Below are positions 43,221-57,962 of a stretch of DNA of 64,000 bases, one piece after another. Both the position numbers and the translations under genes were made by a program. The DNA is from the human T2T-CHM13v2.0 reference genome, Homo sapiens. The stretch's first letter is position 1, and the number at the start of each line of letters is the position of its first letter. Below the pieces are notes generated by a model. That model was not told the DNA's origin and ran no database searches. It saw only the letters and a list, made by a program, of their open reading frames with translations. Where the stretch lies: NCBI RefSeq assembly GCF_009914755.1, contig NC_060947.1; one strand, given 5' to 3'.

Positions 43221-44661
43221 GTTGAGAAAAAACACTTCATCATTATTAAGATGTATATGTGTATGTACATATGCATATATATGTGTATATACTATCATTC
43301 ATTCATTATTTATCTTGAATATTTTTGTTTCCTCCCCTGTTGATTCTAGGTAGAGTGAAATATTATACTTTTCTTTCTGAGTCATTTTCGAAACGGATAG
43401 TAGTACATAATTCGGCAGAGTGAAAGAATATTCTTTGGAAGAAATTTGGGAATTTTCATATAGTGAGTGTTTAATAAATATGGACTAGGCGATATCTTCC
43501 TCAATTTTGTCTGCTCTGTGGCATATATTTTAATGCATTCTTTTGTACTTTGTATACTGTCACTTATAATTTATGTCCCTTTGGAAAGGTAGGTCTTGGG
43601 TTTAAATATATTATTAGCATCCCGTGAACACATCTGTTTTGTAAACATTCCATCAATTCTGTTTCCATGGCATGTTTATGGTCAAATTGGACAACCTCGG
43701 AAGAGGTAAGAGTAAGGGGAATAAGGATGTTACAGGTTTCTAAAACTCTGGTTGGTGTTAATTGAAAATGAACTTTCATTCCCCTTGTCATTTTGATGTA
43801 TCTCTGAATTTTTGTAAACAGATTTTCTTTTAAGCTTCAGAGATTACAAGCTATGCAATATTCCACCCCAGCTGCTGTAATTGATTAGACAGATTTTCCA
43901 TTTTAACAGTGTACTGGCTAGGGTGAAAAATAATGGATTATAGTTCCAGGCTTCTAAATCGTACTTCAGTCTGCTGCATTTCAGCTTGGGACAAAAGAGT
44001 TTCTTCAGATTGTCTTAAGTTTATCTTTGAGATCAGTGTTTTCAAGTGCGGTGCATACTTAATTTTGCAGAAATTATTTTTTAAAATAAATTTAAGTCTA
44101 TAAAGATGTGCTACTTGTGTTTGGCTATAAGCTAAGGTTGGTTCCTACACTTGGATAGATGGATAGAAGACCAAAACAAGGCCACTTTATTTTTAGATAG
44201 TAAGTTAGCTCAGGGTCAGGAAATGTATCTGAAAGAAGATGCTTCTCTCAGATAATAGAAAAGATTGTCATCTTCCTAATTCAGCCCTTTATTTATGAAA
44301 ATCTATTACTATCTCCTAAGTTTGAGTGTGTCTGTGTTGAACTGTAGCATTTCAAAGAAACTTTTCATTCATATATATACCTCAAAACAGCAAGCTGAGA
44401 AAAAATGATTTCAGTGCATCAAAATTCCAGTGTGACCTGCCTTCCCAAAGTTTTATGTGAGGTAGGATTTTTTCAACTACATTTACAAATATGAAGAACT
44501 GATTTATAAATTTGGCATAATATAAACTTGCTAATCTTTTAGTTTTTTAAACTATTCTCAACTGTCTAGCTTTCTCATCAATGTATTACTACTTATTAAA
44601 CATAATTTCTCTACCTCTGTTGGGAGCAAGTGCATCCACAGTAAGATGCCCTCAATAGTTG

Positions 44662-45157
<496 letters not shown>

Positions 45158-45809
45158 TTACAGTTCAGAGCCCAGTAATAATCAGATTGGAGGTTTGGGA
45201 CAAGGCAGAATGGAGGAACCATTGTAAGAATGGCTCCTTCCATATTCTCAAATTATCCTCCAATTCTAGTTCACAGACATATGCCACAGTTCTAGGGAGA
45301 GGAGACTGAACATGTGATACCGAGAGCCCCTGTGTGCTGTGGAAAGACTGGTTAAGATTGCCTGACCCCTCAGGCAATCACTGCAGATGCTAGGGGGGCA
45401 GCAGAACCAATCTCATTTTCAGAGGGGTACCCGGCCACTTGGACACAGAGCCCCACAGCTGACTACGGAGAGCTGCACAGCTGTGGCGATAGAACACAGG
45501 TGTGAGATGCCATGGGGGGCAGTGAAATTACCTGGATGAGTATAAGTCTCCTGAAAGGGGTAGCAGAGCAGTAAAGAATGCTGTTTGCTCTTCCACACGT
45601 GACCTTGAACCTCTATACTCTCTGTGCTAGTGGAACCCATAGAGACAGCATGAACTATTAACTTATTATTATATCCTGTCTTTTTTATAGAAAGTATTAG
45701 TAACACAGTGTTAGAACAGTTGCAGTAATTTCTTAAGGTATTGCTTTATTTGGAGCCTTTGAAAAAAACTAACTTATATTTTAAAATCTTGACTGTCCTG
45801 TAAAGATTT

Positions 45810-46925
45810 TGGAATGGGTAAAACGTGGAAGCAACAGTGTATGTACCCATGGTCTCAATCAAGATATAGAACATTTCTGTCTTCCCAGAAAGTTCCCTCT
45901 TGTCCCTTTCCCATCAAATTCTACCCCTGACTCCTCCACCACCAACTCCAGCTACAACCAGTTTGCTTTTGTCACTATAGACGCTTTGTTTGTTCTAGAA
46001 ATGTGTATAAATAGAGCCATGCAATATGTGCTATTTCATGCCTGCCTTTGTTCCCTGAACGTGCTGATTTGAGATTCATTCATGTTGTTGCAACTATCAG
46101 TGGTTTGTTCCTATTTGTTGATGAGTAGTATAACATTGTAGGAATATACTACAATTTGGTTATCCACTCCCTTGCTGATGGAAGTTTGGGTGTTTCCTGT
46201 TTTTGGCTACTATGAATGAAGTTCTTATGAACATTTACATACAAGTCTTTGTGTAGACAGACATTTTTATTTCCACTGGAAATGAAATATCTAGGAGTGG
46301 AAACACTTAAGAGTAAGAATATGGAAACTTTATAAGAAAGCGTCAAACTCTTTTCCAAATATATTTCACCATTTTACACCCCTCCACACACCAGCAATAT
46401 ATGAGAATTCCAGTTGCTCCATACCCTAGCTAACATTTGTTAATGCTAATCTTTTTGTTTCAACTATTTTATTGGGTTTATAATAATATCTTGTGGCTTT
46501 AATTTGCATTTTCTGATGACTAATGCTGCTGAGTATCTTTTCATGTTCTTATTGGCCATCTATAATCTTTTGTGAAGTGTATTTTCAAGTCTCATTTAAA
46601 AAATTAAATAATTTGTCTCATTTTATTATGGATTTGTAGTCATTCTCTTCTCATCTGGATTCATGTACTTTGTCATGGATTATGTATTGTAAATATTATC
46701 AGAGTCTGTGGCTTGCCTTTTCATTTTCTTAATGGTATGTTTTGGTGAGCAGAAGTCTTTAATTTTGATTAGAGTTCAATTTATCATTTTTTATTTTATG
46801 GTTAATGCTTTTGGGGTTGTGTCTTAAAGAATCTTTGCCTACTCCAGGGTCAAGATTATATTTTTCTACGATTTCCTCAATACATTTTATCATTTTTGCT
46901 TTTATGTTTATGCCTCTGATCCGGT
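45810..46925 (-). mobile_element. L1ME-like fragment (~1.1 kb)
   Basis: caagatatagaacattt...gagattcattcatgttgttgc...ttaatttgcattttctgatgactaatg...ttattggccat. Confidence 0.82.
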
Positions 46926-47447
46926 GAAGGCATTTGTTATTTACTACTTATATCCAAATTTGTCAAGGACAAGAAAAACACTTTATGTAATAAAACAGCT
47001 TTTTGTGAAAATAATGGCATGCAAAACATATGTCCTAAAAATAAGATATTTATAGTTTCCTATTAAATTGCAATCATGTATTAGTAGGCAAGTGATTTAG
47101 AAAATCAGCAGCCTTTCATTCATTCTGTTGGAAGAGCTTGCTAATTAATGTAAAACTTGCTTTGTAATAATATGGGAAAGATAATCTAGCTGAATTCAGT
47201 TTCGCTAACAAAAGAATGTGCAGGTTTTCACATGCATTTCTTTTACACAGATGCATTTCACAATTTGAAATAATTTCTTATCAATGGCATATTGTCTCTA
47301 GAAATAGTTATGGCTTTGGAAATCTCTTTCCTCAGCTTCTATACAGAACAACTCATCAGCCCTTTTCTTGAATGAGTGGCACATGGCAAACCCTCCAAGA
47401 GGTGCTGAGGCTGGTCTTCATCAGTAGCAAGGCCAGCTGTTACGGAT

Positions 47448-47450
<3 letters not shown>

Positions 47451-47494
<44 letters not shown>
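47451..47494. repeat. (CT)22 microsatellite
   Basis: Read directly from the sequence. Confidence 0.95.
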
Positions 47495-47498
<4 letters not shown>

Positions 47499-47665
47499 CC
47501 AAGCAGTAACTCCAGAAAAGTTCAGTTCACAAATGGAAATGTATGAAGCACCTCTGATGTACCAAGAGGTGGTACACATAATCATGGGAGGCCACAGATA
47601 CTTCTCGACCATTAAATGTAATTTTCCTATTAATTTTTACCTACATGAAATATGTGCATAATAAC

Positions 47666-48094
47666 TATCAGTTAGGGTTCTCCAGAGAAACAGAATCAAT
47701 AGGATATATACGTATGTATCTATCTATATATCTAAATATGTGTGTGTACAGAGACAGATTTATTTTAAGGCATTGGCTCATGTGATTGTGGGGCCTGACA
47801 AGTTTAAAATCTGTAGGGCAAGCTGGCAAGCCGGCAACTCAGGCAGGATTTTTATGTTACAGCCTTGAGAAAGGATTGCTTCTTCTCCAGGAAACCTCAG
47901 GTTTTGCTCTTAAGACCTTCAATGGATTGGATGAGGCCCACCCACATTATGGAGAGTGATCTTTACTTAAAGACAACTGATGGTAGATGTTAATCACGTC
48001 TACAAAATACCTTCACAGCAATACTTAGACTAGAGTTCGACCAAGCTACCAACCATAGCCTAGACAACTTGAAACATAAAATTTAACCATCACA
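47666..48094 (-). mobile_element. MLT2 (C-like) ERVL solo LTR
   Basis: agggttctccagagaaacagaa...ggattggatgaggcccaccc...aaaatttaaccatcaca, with 5-bp TSD ataac. Confidence 0.88.
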
Positions 48095-49064
48095 ATAACA
48101 TATAGGGGATACTTGACTCTTAGGTCATTTGGAACTAAAATCTTTTATAGTAAAGTCCAATTTTTCAAAAGCAAGTCAAATGATCGCAAATCTTGCGATA
48201 GGGAACTGCATGCATTCACAATTTTGTAAATGAAAATATTTATTCTTGCTTACTTGAAGGTAAACGATGCCTACCATAGGTATAAAGTTGTTGCTTAGTT
48301 TCTATAGAAATGATAAAGGGGGAGTGGGATCTTTTCTCTCAGATCCTGGCAGCAAATATGCCCAGTAGAGGGTAATCCAAGCCTTATCTTTCCTCCTGGA
48401 AGTAAACCTGAAGTATCCGATGAAGGAGCAGACTTCAGTATCCTGTGAGCTCGTTCTCCAGTACCGCAGGCTCAAATTTGTAATACAATATTGCTCTTTG
48501 GTTGTCTAAAGTATATCTCGACATTAACATACCTAGAAGAGAATTATTGAAGTTTCTCTTTAAGATCCTTCCACTCAAGTTTTTCTTATTTTGGTAGCAG
48601 GACTACCAACCACCTGGTTGCTCAGGCAAATATCCAGGCATTATCCCCAATTCCTTTCTTCCCTCCCAGTAGCTACTATCCATCACCAAGTCCTGTTAAT
48701 GTTTCCTCTAGAACATATTCTCATCAATCCACTTCATCTCCACTAATACCACCCTGGTCTTGGCCACTGTCCCATGTCACCTGAACCACTGAAATACTTT
48801 CCTAATTCTTTCTCCCGCTTCTGTTTTTGCCTCCACAATCTATTCTCCAGTTGTCTGTTATTTTAATATACAGAGAGCTGTGACTTTCCTATATAGGAAG
48901 GCTAAGAAAAGACTACAGGGACCACTCAAGTCTCTAGAGCTAGAGGAGAATGTGATGAGTATCTTTAGAACCCACTAAATTCAAAACGTAATTGTTTAGA
49001 CTTGGGGAGGGGTTCCAGGCTTCCATTAGTGGACTCAGGAATGGGATTACATAGAGTTGAGCTG

Positions 49065-49305
49065 TGAGACCAGCCCATTTGGAGAGTGTTATTGCGTTGG
49101 CCATAAAGAGAGTTCAGTTTTCGCTTCAGGGTTGTGTATAAGAATCTCTTAGGGGCTGAGGCACGGGCCTCTTTTCAGGGAACTGGAAGACAAGCCCAAA
49201 TATCACCTGGGGATGTAACACAACATTCCTGGAGGATGCCATACTGGTTGAATTGAAAACATCAAGATGCTCAGTACTTAGTTCAACAGTTATGTTTCCT
49301 TTTAA
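49065..49305. repeat. Copy A of a diverged ~240-bp direct repeat (ERV-like)
   Basis: Aligns by eye to 54080-54300 (ctgaggc..gggcctc, agacaagcccaaa, caacattc..g.agga, aaaacat.aa.atgctca). Confidence 0.7.
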
Positions 49306-50898
49306 TCTAAAGAAAAGTTGTAATTTAGAAAAAAAATAAAATAACCAAAACTATAGCATTAATATTTTGTGTTTAAGAATACTATATACATATTTGGTAT
49401 TTTAGACGTTTACTACGTTTTAGAGAATTTGGCTTATTAAGATAACTTTATCAGCTTTGTGATACCATTCAAAATGTGTATTTGACTTATTGATTTAAAC
49501 TTATGATTTTAGCTTGAAATCTTATGACGTTTATCCGTAATATTAGAAAATTCAGGAAACTTAAGTTTACCAATATATTTACAAATTTAATCTATTAGAT
49601 TTATAAATAGTACATGAGTACATGGGAAGGTTTATTACTCACACAATTGAAGCCCATAAAAAAGGAATAGAATAAATAGAATATATTAAAATTTTAAATA
49701 TTGCTTAACATACTAGAGAGAGTCTAATCAACTGCATTGGCAATGGGAACAAACATTAATTAAAGATCCCCCAAGAGTGATTATTAAAACTTGGTAGATT
49801 TGTACATACAATAATATCATTAGTGAGTTGAATTTAAAAGCTTGAGAAGGACTAGTTTCTGATTTGGAAATTTTAATAAATTAGTTTTTTAACATCAAAG
49901 GTAATTTTAAATATTTTCATGTGCAAAAACTGACATATGAGAAAAAGCAAATCTACTCATCAATATTTAATGTTGAAACTTCCTATTTTTGAGTAGTCAG
50001 AAGCTACCCAAAGATTATGATTTAGCTCTTGACATATGTATGTGAACAAGAAGGCTCACTAAAATGCCTCATGACACATCAGAGTCCGTTGGAAGGATAA
50101 ATACCTATGGCAATTGAGGAAGTAGATTTCTAGAAGTTTAGTTACTTCTTCTAATCAGCAGATGCTAAGAAATATTAAGCTTGAGTCTTGCGGTATTTTG
50201 CCAACTATCACAAGTTGTTTTCTTTTTTTTAATAATGAGAAAATAATAACTTGTTTAATCTACCTAGTAACCTATGAAGTAGGCATTATTATTCTCCCTG
50301 TTGTCTAGATGAGGAAGGAAAGGTACAGGGTGCTTACAGGACTTGCTACAGTACACAACAAGGAAAGAGTCCTACTGAGATTCACCGCCGGAGGTCCAAA
50401 GTATAAGATCTTAACTGTCCGGATGAAGATTTTTCAGTGTATAGAATATGAAGCAAAAATACCGAGGTAGCCAATTAATGATCTTAACACTTGGAAACCT
50501 CTCCTGGGCCTTTGGGTCTTTGAAGCCCAGTCCTCCTAGTTCTCAGCCTAACCTTTCTGTTCTCTTTCTTCTAATTCTCTTCCATTCTTCCATTCTCCCT
50601 CTACATGAGAAGGTTATGTCTTTGATCTGAGTCTCCCCACCTATTGGCTGGTAAACTCTTCCTTTTTCAGCAGTATCAGTGTTTATTTCATTTACCATTT
50701 TCATTTGTTGTCTCATCTCTAGTTGTGGCTTTTGCCTCTATATAATAATAATTCCAGGATTCAGGAAGACATTTGTGAACCAAAAGTATTCCTAAAATCA
50801 AAGATAATCCCTTGTTTCCTTCCAGAAGCTATTCTAGCTAGTTTTAAAGGCCTATTCCTGGACCTTTTGGCAGTTGTCAAAAAGGGAAGGGCTTGTGC

Positions 50899-51202
50899 TT
50901 TTTTTTTTTTTTTTTAATTATACTTTAAGTTTTAGGGTACATGTGCACATTGTGCAGGTTAGTTACATATGTATACATGTGCCATGCTGGTGCACTGCAC
51001 CCACTAACTCGTCATCTAGCATTAGGTATGTCTCCCGATGCTATCCCTCCCCCCTCCCCCCACCCCACAACAGTCCCCAGAGTGTGATATTCCCCTTCCT
51101 GTGTCCATGTGATCTCATTGTTCAATTCCCACCTATGAGTGAGAATATGCGTTGTTTGGTTTTTTGTTCTTGCGATAGCTTACTGAGAATGATGATTTCC
51201 AA
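50899..51202 (-). mobile_element. Young 5'-truncated L1 (L1PA2-type) 3' end
   Basis: Near-identical to the L1HS/L1PA2 3'UTR. It carries GAG (ctaactcgtcatc) rather than the Ta ACA or pre-Ta ACG diagnostic. Confidence 0.93.
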
Positions 51203-51264
51203 ATGGAGTTTGCATTAGGTTTACCAGCAAGCACACTTGTCTTTGTCTGTTCTCTCCTGCCTTA

Positions 51265-51785
51265 TGTGATGGTTTAAAATATGTCCGCAAATTCTTTGAC
51301 ATGTTATTTAAAAAGTGGGGCTTAATTCCTCTCCCCTTGACTGTGGTCCTTACTTAGTGATTTGCTTCTAATAAAAAAAATAAGGTATAAGTGATAATAT
51401 GTGACTTCTGAGACTATATCATAAAAGCTGCCTTGTTGCTCACTCTTGGATTCACTCTGGAGGAAGTCAGCCACCATGTCATAAGGACAGCCCTATGAAG
51501 AGGTCCATGTGGCAAGGAACTGAGGTCTCCTGTCAAGAGCCAGCATCAACTTGTCTACCACATGGTCCATCTTGGAAACAGATCCTTCACCCCAGTCAAG
51601 CCTCCAGATGACTATAGCCCCAAAAATATCGTGACTGAAATCTCATGAGACCCTGAGCCAGAACCGCTCAGTGAAGTTGTTCTCAAGTTCTTTACCTACA
51701 GAAACTGTGAGATAATACATGTTTACTGTTTTAAGCTGCTAAATTTCAAGGTAGTTTGTTATATAGCAATAGAAAACCTAGTACA
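51265..51785 (+). mobile_element. MLT1F-like MaLR solo LTR
   Basis: TG...CA ends, gtggcaaggaactgagg, ccctgagccagaacc, and TSD-like cctta/ccttc. Confidence 0.83.
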
Positions 51786-52201
51786 CCTTCCTTGGTTGAA
51801 CCCCAATCTAGGCATCTCCACATCCTCACTTACTCCTAAATAACTCCTCCTCACACCAATTCACTCAGGACACCTAAGAGCATATCTTGGTTTTCCTATT
51901 ATTTTTGAACATTTCATATTTAAGGTAATGTTTGTACGACAAATTTTTTAATGTAGTGCCCTGGATTGATTATTATATCATTAATGTTAAATTTCTTTCT
52001 GACATTAAAGCTTTAAACAATGAAGCATGTTATTGGAAACACCTTTCATTTCAGAGAGAAATTCCTGTAATTTTGGGATAATTTTAATGTATTGTATACA
52101 TTCTGCATTCTCCTTCTTGACATTAAGAGCTTACTGACATGATTTCCTTCTGATAAAGCTCCTTGGCTATGAAGGAGACACATCCGCTTACTTTGTGGTC
52201 T

Positions 52202-52605
<404 letters not shown>

Positions 52606-52617
52606 TAAAATTTAGAT

Positions 52618-53090
52618 CAGTAGTTCTCAACCCTGGCTATACATTAAAATCACCCAAGGAGCTTCGCCAAACAAAGTAAACAGAATCTCTGTTGGGGTAT
52701 GGGGTAGGAATCTACATACTGTGTTTTTAAAGGCTTCCATGTACCTTCATTAGACACCAAGGTTGGGACCACTGTTTTGGATCAACCTAGAATAGAATTC
52801 ATTCCTTCAGTACCAGCTCCAAAGTAAGCACAGCGCTGGTGGTTCTGCAACTATTTAGCTATTTTATCTTAGTAAAGTCACTTCATCTGCCTGGACATTC
52901 ATTTTTTAGTCTAGAGCAGTGGTTCTAAACCTTGGCTGTGGTACTAGGGAGCTTTAAAAACACTGATTCCTGAATCCCAGTCCCAGAGGTTCTTATGAAA
53001 CTGTTTGGGGGCATTCCTGGGCATCAAGATTTTAAAAGCTGCCCCCACCACTACTGTGGTGATTCTAAACGTGCAGTCAAGATTAAGAAC
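52618..53090. mobile_element. Two MER5-like hAT MITE remnants (52618-52775 and 52917-53090)
   Basis: cagtagttctcaaccctggc...ggttgggaccactg, and cagtggttctaaaccttggc...gtgattctaaacgtgcagtcaag. Confidence 0.65.
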
Positions 53091-53412
53091 TAAGAAATGA
53101 ATCATTGCTAGGATCCTTTCCAGCTCTGTTTATATTTTGAATAACTGTGATTAGAGTTGACACAATCCATGATATTAAAACATTTTACAGTCATGGGGAG
53201 AAAGAATGATCAAACTACACAGCTTGACTCTGGACATAGATGTAGCATTATTTGCAAGTTACGTGAAGCTATTCAATAAATAGAAGGGTTGGAACTAGAG
53301 AGGGTTAATCCTAAGCACTTTTAAAGTTTTAGTCAAGTTGGAAAGTCGGGGAGGACTGCAGAACAACTGAGAAGAGTAACTCTTCTGACATGAGGTTTCA
53401 TGGATTGTGCAT

Positions 53413-53778
53413 TGTATTAGTCTGTTCTCACACTGCTAATAAATACATACCCGAGACTGGGTAATTTATTAAGGAGAGAGGTTTAATGGACTCATAGTTA
53501 CACATGGCTGGGGAGGCCTCACAATTATGGCAGAAGGCAAACGAGGAGCAAAGTCACATCTTACATGGATGGTGGCAATAGAGAACATGTGCAGGGGAAC
53601 TCCCCTTTATAAAACCATCAGATCTCATAAGACTTATTCACTATCATGAGAACAGCATGGAAAAGACCTGCCCCCATGATTCAATTACCTCCCACCGGGT
53701 CCCTCCCATGACATGTGGGAATTGTGGGAGCTGCAACTCAAGATGAGATTTGGGTGGGGACACAGTCAAACCACATCA
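53413..53778 (-). mobile_element. THE1B-like MaLR solo LTR
   Basis: tgtattagtctgttctcacactgctaataaa...gggtggggacacagtcaaaccacatca, with 5-bp TSD tgcat. Confidence 0.92.
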
Positions 53779-54079
53779 TGCATGAATGTGGACTGAAGGC
53801 TAACTCATTCAATTTTTCTGAAACTAGATGATGTTAACTATATTTTTTTCCATGGCTACCCCTGTCCTGACCTTGTTGTTTTGATGTTGTACCACTGCAA
53901 CAGATAGAATGCATATCATCTTTTATTTTCTTCCTTAAATGATGTGATGGAGGAATAGTTGTGCTTTCATTTCTAGAATTAGGAATGGAAACAATTCTAT
54001 GGTTGCTTCACAAAATTTCTACTGCAAGCTGGTTTGAAATCAGTGATTTCAATAAGAAGTGCTTGTGGTGGGTGGTTTA

Positions 54080-54300
54080 GGAGACCTCCCAGTTTGGAGG
54101 GATTAATGTAGTGACTATAAAGTCCCTCCTGTGTGTGCACAAGTATTTCATAGGGTCTGAGGCCTGGGCCTCTTTCCATAGAATTCTGAGACAAGCCCAA
54201 ACACCACTTGGGGAGATGACCCAACATTCTTGAGGACACCATAACTGCTGGAATAAAAACATTAAAATGCTCAATGCTTAAGGAAACAGTTACATTTTCT
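54080..54300. repeat. Copy B of a diverged ~240-bp direct repeat (ERV-like)
   Basis: Aligns by eye to 49065-49305. Confidence 0.7.
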
Positions 54301-54400
54301 GTGAAAATAAACAAAGACCAGCCAAATGAGAAAGGCAAATGCTATTAATTGAGAGCTTGCTATAGCAAGACAGTCAGCCATCATCACTGCATTTGGCAAC
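54300..54400 (-). mobile_element. MER67/MER31-like ERV1 LTR 3'-end fragment
   Basis: tgtgaaaataaacaaagaccagccaaatgag...gagcttgctatagcaag...gtcagccatcatcac. Confidence 0.55.
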
Positions 54401-54744
54401 CATTGCTGACCACTCTGATGGGTCAGGACTGCACCAAGGAATTAATGACTGAGGAAAATCTAAAAATGTTCAGAAAAGAATGGATGGCTGGAAAAATGCA
54501 ACAGATGTTATTGTGCTAGCCCAACATTTATTACGCTGAGATTTAGCATACATTTCTCATATTTGCCTCCATCAACCACCACTCTTATGTTTGCAAAAAA
54601 TTATAGAATAATATGCTAATATAAAACATTTGGAAAATAGACAATATTTACTCACTATCCCCTTAATATATAGTCACATCTTACTATATTTTCTTCATCT
54701 GTTTGAAAACTATGTACAATAGGTTTAGAATAGATAGATAGAAT

Positions 54745-55280
54745 AGATAGGCCAGAATAATGACCCCTCAAAGATACCCATGTCCTAATCCCTGGAACCT
54801 GGGAATATGTTAGGTGACATGATAAATTCAGAATTAAGGTTGCAGATGCCATGAAAGTTGCTTATCAGCTGACCTCAAATAGATAAATTATCCTGGATTA
54901 TCTAGGTGGGCCCAATGTAATCATAAACATCCTTAAAAGTGGAAGAGGGAGGCAGAACAAGACTCAGAGGGACATGTGACTATGGAAGGAGGTCAGAGTG
55001 ATGCAATGTAAGGACTCTGCTGGCTTTTGGGGCTTTGAAGATGGAGGAAAAGGTCATCAGCCAAGAAATGCTGGTGTCCTGTAGAGGTTGAAGAAGTTAA
55101 GGACCTAGATCCTTCCCTAGAGCCTCCAGAAAGGAATGCAGCCCTGCTGACACCTTGATTTTAGCCCAGTGAGATATGTTGGACTTCTAACTGCCAGAAT
55201 TGTAAGATAATAAATTTGTGTTGCTTTAAGCAGGTAAGTCTGAGAAAATTTGGTAAGAGCAGCAATAGAACACTAATACA
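54745..55280 (+). mobile_element. MLT1D/E-like MaLR solo LTR
   Basis: atgtcctaatccctggaacctg...ggattatctaggtgggcccaatgtaatca...agcaatagaacactaataca. Confidence 0.87.
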
Positions 55281-55575
55281 CCTTGTTTTTTTCATTTTTA
55301 TAGTTCCATCATTCTTAAACATTTTTTTATCTTGCTATAGTTTTTGTAATTATTTGAAGGGCCATATATTATGCTACGGAGCTGAAGTGCTGGTATTTCC
55401 TTAATCACACCCTGTAAATGAACATTAGATGTGTGAATATCTTTCTGCATTTTCTTTTTTCCATAAGTTTGATTATTTCCTAAGGATATTCTGCCAGAAA
55501 TTAAATTTGGGCTTTGAGTTCCTTCCTTCCATTTTTTCTATATTTAACTTAAAAAAAATCTCTTAAATCCACTTG

Positions 55576-55888
<313 letters not shown>

Positions 55889-56154
55889 TTACCTTGATAT
55901 ATGATGTAGGGGAAATACTTTATTCTTAATCTGTTTCTTCAACTGCATATGCTAAATAATTTTTTTCTTTTCTGTTGTTTGATAAATGCTTTCTTTATTA
56001 AATATTCAGTTTTATACAAAGGAAACTCATTTTCTGGGCTACTGATTCTTTCATTTTAACTGATTTCTGTCTGTTCTTAAGCCAGTATTGTACTGTTTGA
56101 AATCTTGTTGCCTATAATATATATAAATTCCTTTGGGGACTAGTCTTCTTCCTC

Positions 56155-56499
56155 TGTCTTATTCCCTTTTCTGTTGCCATAACAGAGTACGAAAGGCTGG
56201 GTAATTTATAAAGGATAATATTTTATTTCTTACAGTTCTGGAGGCTGGGATTCCCAAGGTTGAGGTGGTGAATCTGGTGAGGGCTTTCTTATTGGTGGGG
56301 ACTCTTTGCAGAGTCTGGAGGTGGTACAGGGCATCACATAGCAAAGGGGCCCATGAGAGATGGCCAAACTGGTTTTTATCACACCTCCTCTTGTGATAAC
56401 TAACCCTCATGTCCCAAAGGTCCTGCCTCTCAACATTGTTGCATTAGGGATCAAGTTTTCAACACATTAACTTTTGGGGGACAAATTCAAACTGTAGCA
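56155..56499 (-). mobile_element. MSTC/MSTD-like MaLR LTR
   Basis: tgccataacagagtac...cttacagttctggaggctggg...ttttgggggacaaattcaaactgtagca. Confidence 0.8.
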
Positions 56500-56829
56500 C
56501 CCTCATTTGTTTAATTTCTTAAATTGTTTTTTATATGAATTTTAAATAATTATTTCCAGCTCCTAGAAAAATCCCATTGAGAGTGAGTCTCTAGTGTCCA
56601 GTGCCTTGACAAATACCTTTAAAACCTTAGTCTGACTGTAAAAGGCCCCAGTCATGTGACTGTACTTTTCCTATTCCCATTTTTCAAAGACTTCAATTAT
56701 ATCTAGGGCACTTCTTTGCTACCTTCCCTGTAGATCATTTTCCATTTTATGAGTCTTTTCTTATTTCTTTCCCAGCCCAGATTGCACTTATAACAGTGAT
56801 TTGTCTCACAGGCTTTTCATCAGTAACTT

Positions 56830-57020
56830 GGCATATGTAGAGTGTGAGTGTTGGAATCATACAGTCCTGGGTTGGAGTCCCAGCTCTGTTTCTTACTAGC
56901 TGTGTGGCCTTGAATGAGTCACTCATAATCCTTGAGGGTCAGTTTCCTCCTTAAAATTAGGTCAACAGCATCTTCCTTGCAGGGTTGTCAACTGGATTAT
57001 AGCTAATACAGGCAAAGAAT
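56830..57020 (+). mobile_element. MIR
   Basis: cctgggttggagtcccagctctg...ttactagctgtgtggccttg...tcagtttcctc core. Confidence 0.7.
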
Positions 57021-57212
57021 CAAGCAATTGGACAGTTGTTTTGTGTCTTTTGAATCTAATAATAAAAAAGCTTGTATTTCATATGTATGTTTTTAAAATT
57101 TCATTTTCTAGTGATTCATCTTTGTTGTATTTGTAAAAGTCTTGTTTTGCAGTGGACTGGACATTCTTTAAAAATTGGTTCTTCACCGCAGTTTGAGAAA
57201 CATTATTCTAAG

Positions 57213-57760
57213 CAGGGGTTGACAACCTGTAGCCTTTGCACTGGTTACCTATTTTTGTAAATGTTTAATTGCAACACAGCTACACCCACTCACTTATGTA
57301 TTGTTGTTGTCCCTCCATATCTTTGGGTTCTGCATCCATGGATTCAACTTAAGAAGATATGTGAAAAAAGAAAATAATAAAAAATAACAGCACAATAAAA
57401 ATATAAAAGTAAAAAATAATACAAGTAAAATACAGTGTAACACCTATTTATATACCATTTGCATTGTATTAGGTATTATAAGTTAATCTAGAGATGATTT
57501 AAAGTATACAAGAGGACATAAGTTATATGAAAATATCATGCTATTTTATATTAGGGACTTGAGCATCCATGGATTTGGGTATCCATGGGGGTTCTGGAAC
57601 CAATCCCCCAAGGGTACCTGAGGGATGAAAGTATCTATGACTGCTTTTTTTTTTTTTAAACAAGGGCAGAACTGAGTCAATGTGACAGAGACTGCATGGC
57701 CCACAAAACCTAAAATATTTGCTATGTTACCCTTTACAAGAAAAGTTGGCCAATCACTGC
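57213..57760 (-). mobile_element. MER58A interrupted by MER2
   Basis: caggggttgacaacc...aacacagctacaccc [insert] cagagactgcatggcccacaaaacctaaaatattt. Confidence 0.75.
57303..57632 (-). mobile_element. MER2 (Tigger-derived MITE)
   Basis: tctagagatgatttaaagtatac...gggacttgagcatccatggattt...ctggaaccaatcccc. Confidence 0.82.
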
Positions 57761-57764
57761 TCTA

Positions 57765-57962
57765 TTCTGTGTTTCATAGTTCCCCAGCTGAATTGAGTTC
57801 CACTTGTCCTCAATAATGACTTCCTTGATAACATACCTTCTCTTGCCTTCTTTCCTTTCCTTGTCTTGTTTTCTCATCTGCCGTTGTTTCTTAGATCTTT
57901 TCCCATAGAAACTACCTGTACTCACATTATTGACCCACAGTTGACTTCTAGGGGTATCCAAC
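57765..57962 (+). mobile_element. LTR16-like ERVL LTR 3' fragment
   Basis: ttcctttccttgtc...aaactacctgtactcaca...cttctaggggtatcca, split by the MST LTR. Confidence 0.5.

Noticed and set aside
48183-48199. Hairpin ATCGCAA-ATC-TTGCGAT
   Set aside because: A 7-bp stem is expected by chance in 64 kb and has no supporting context.
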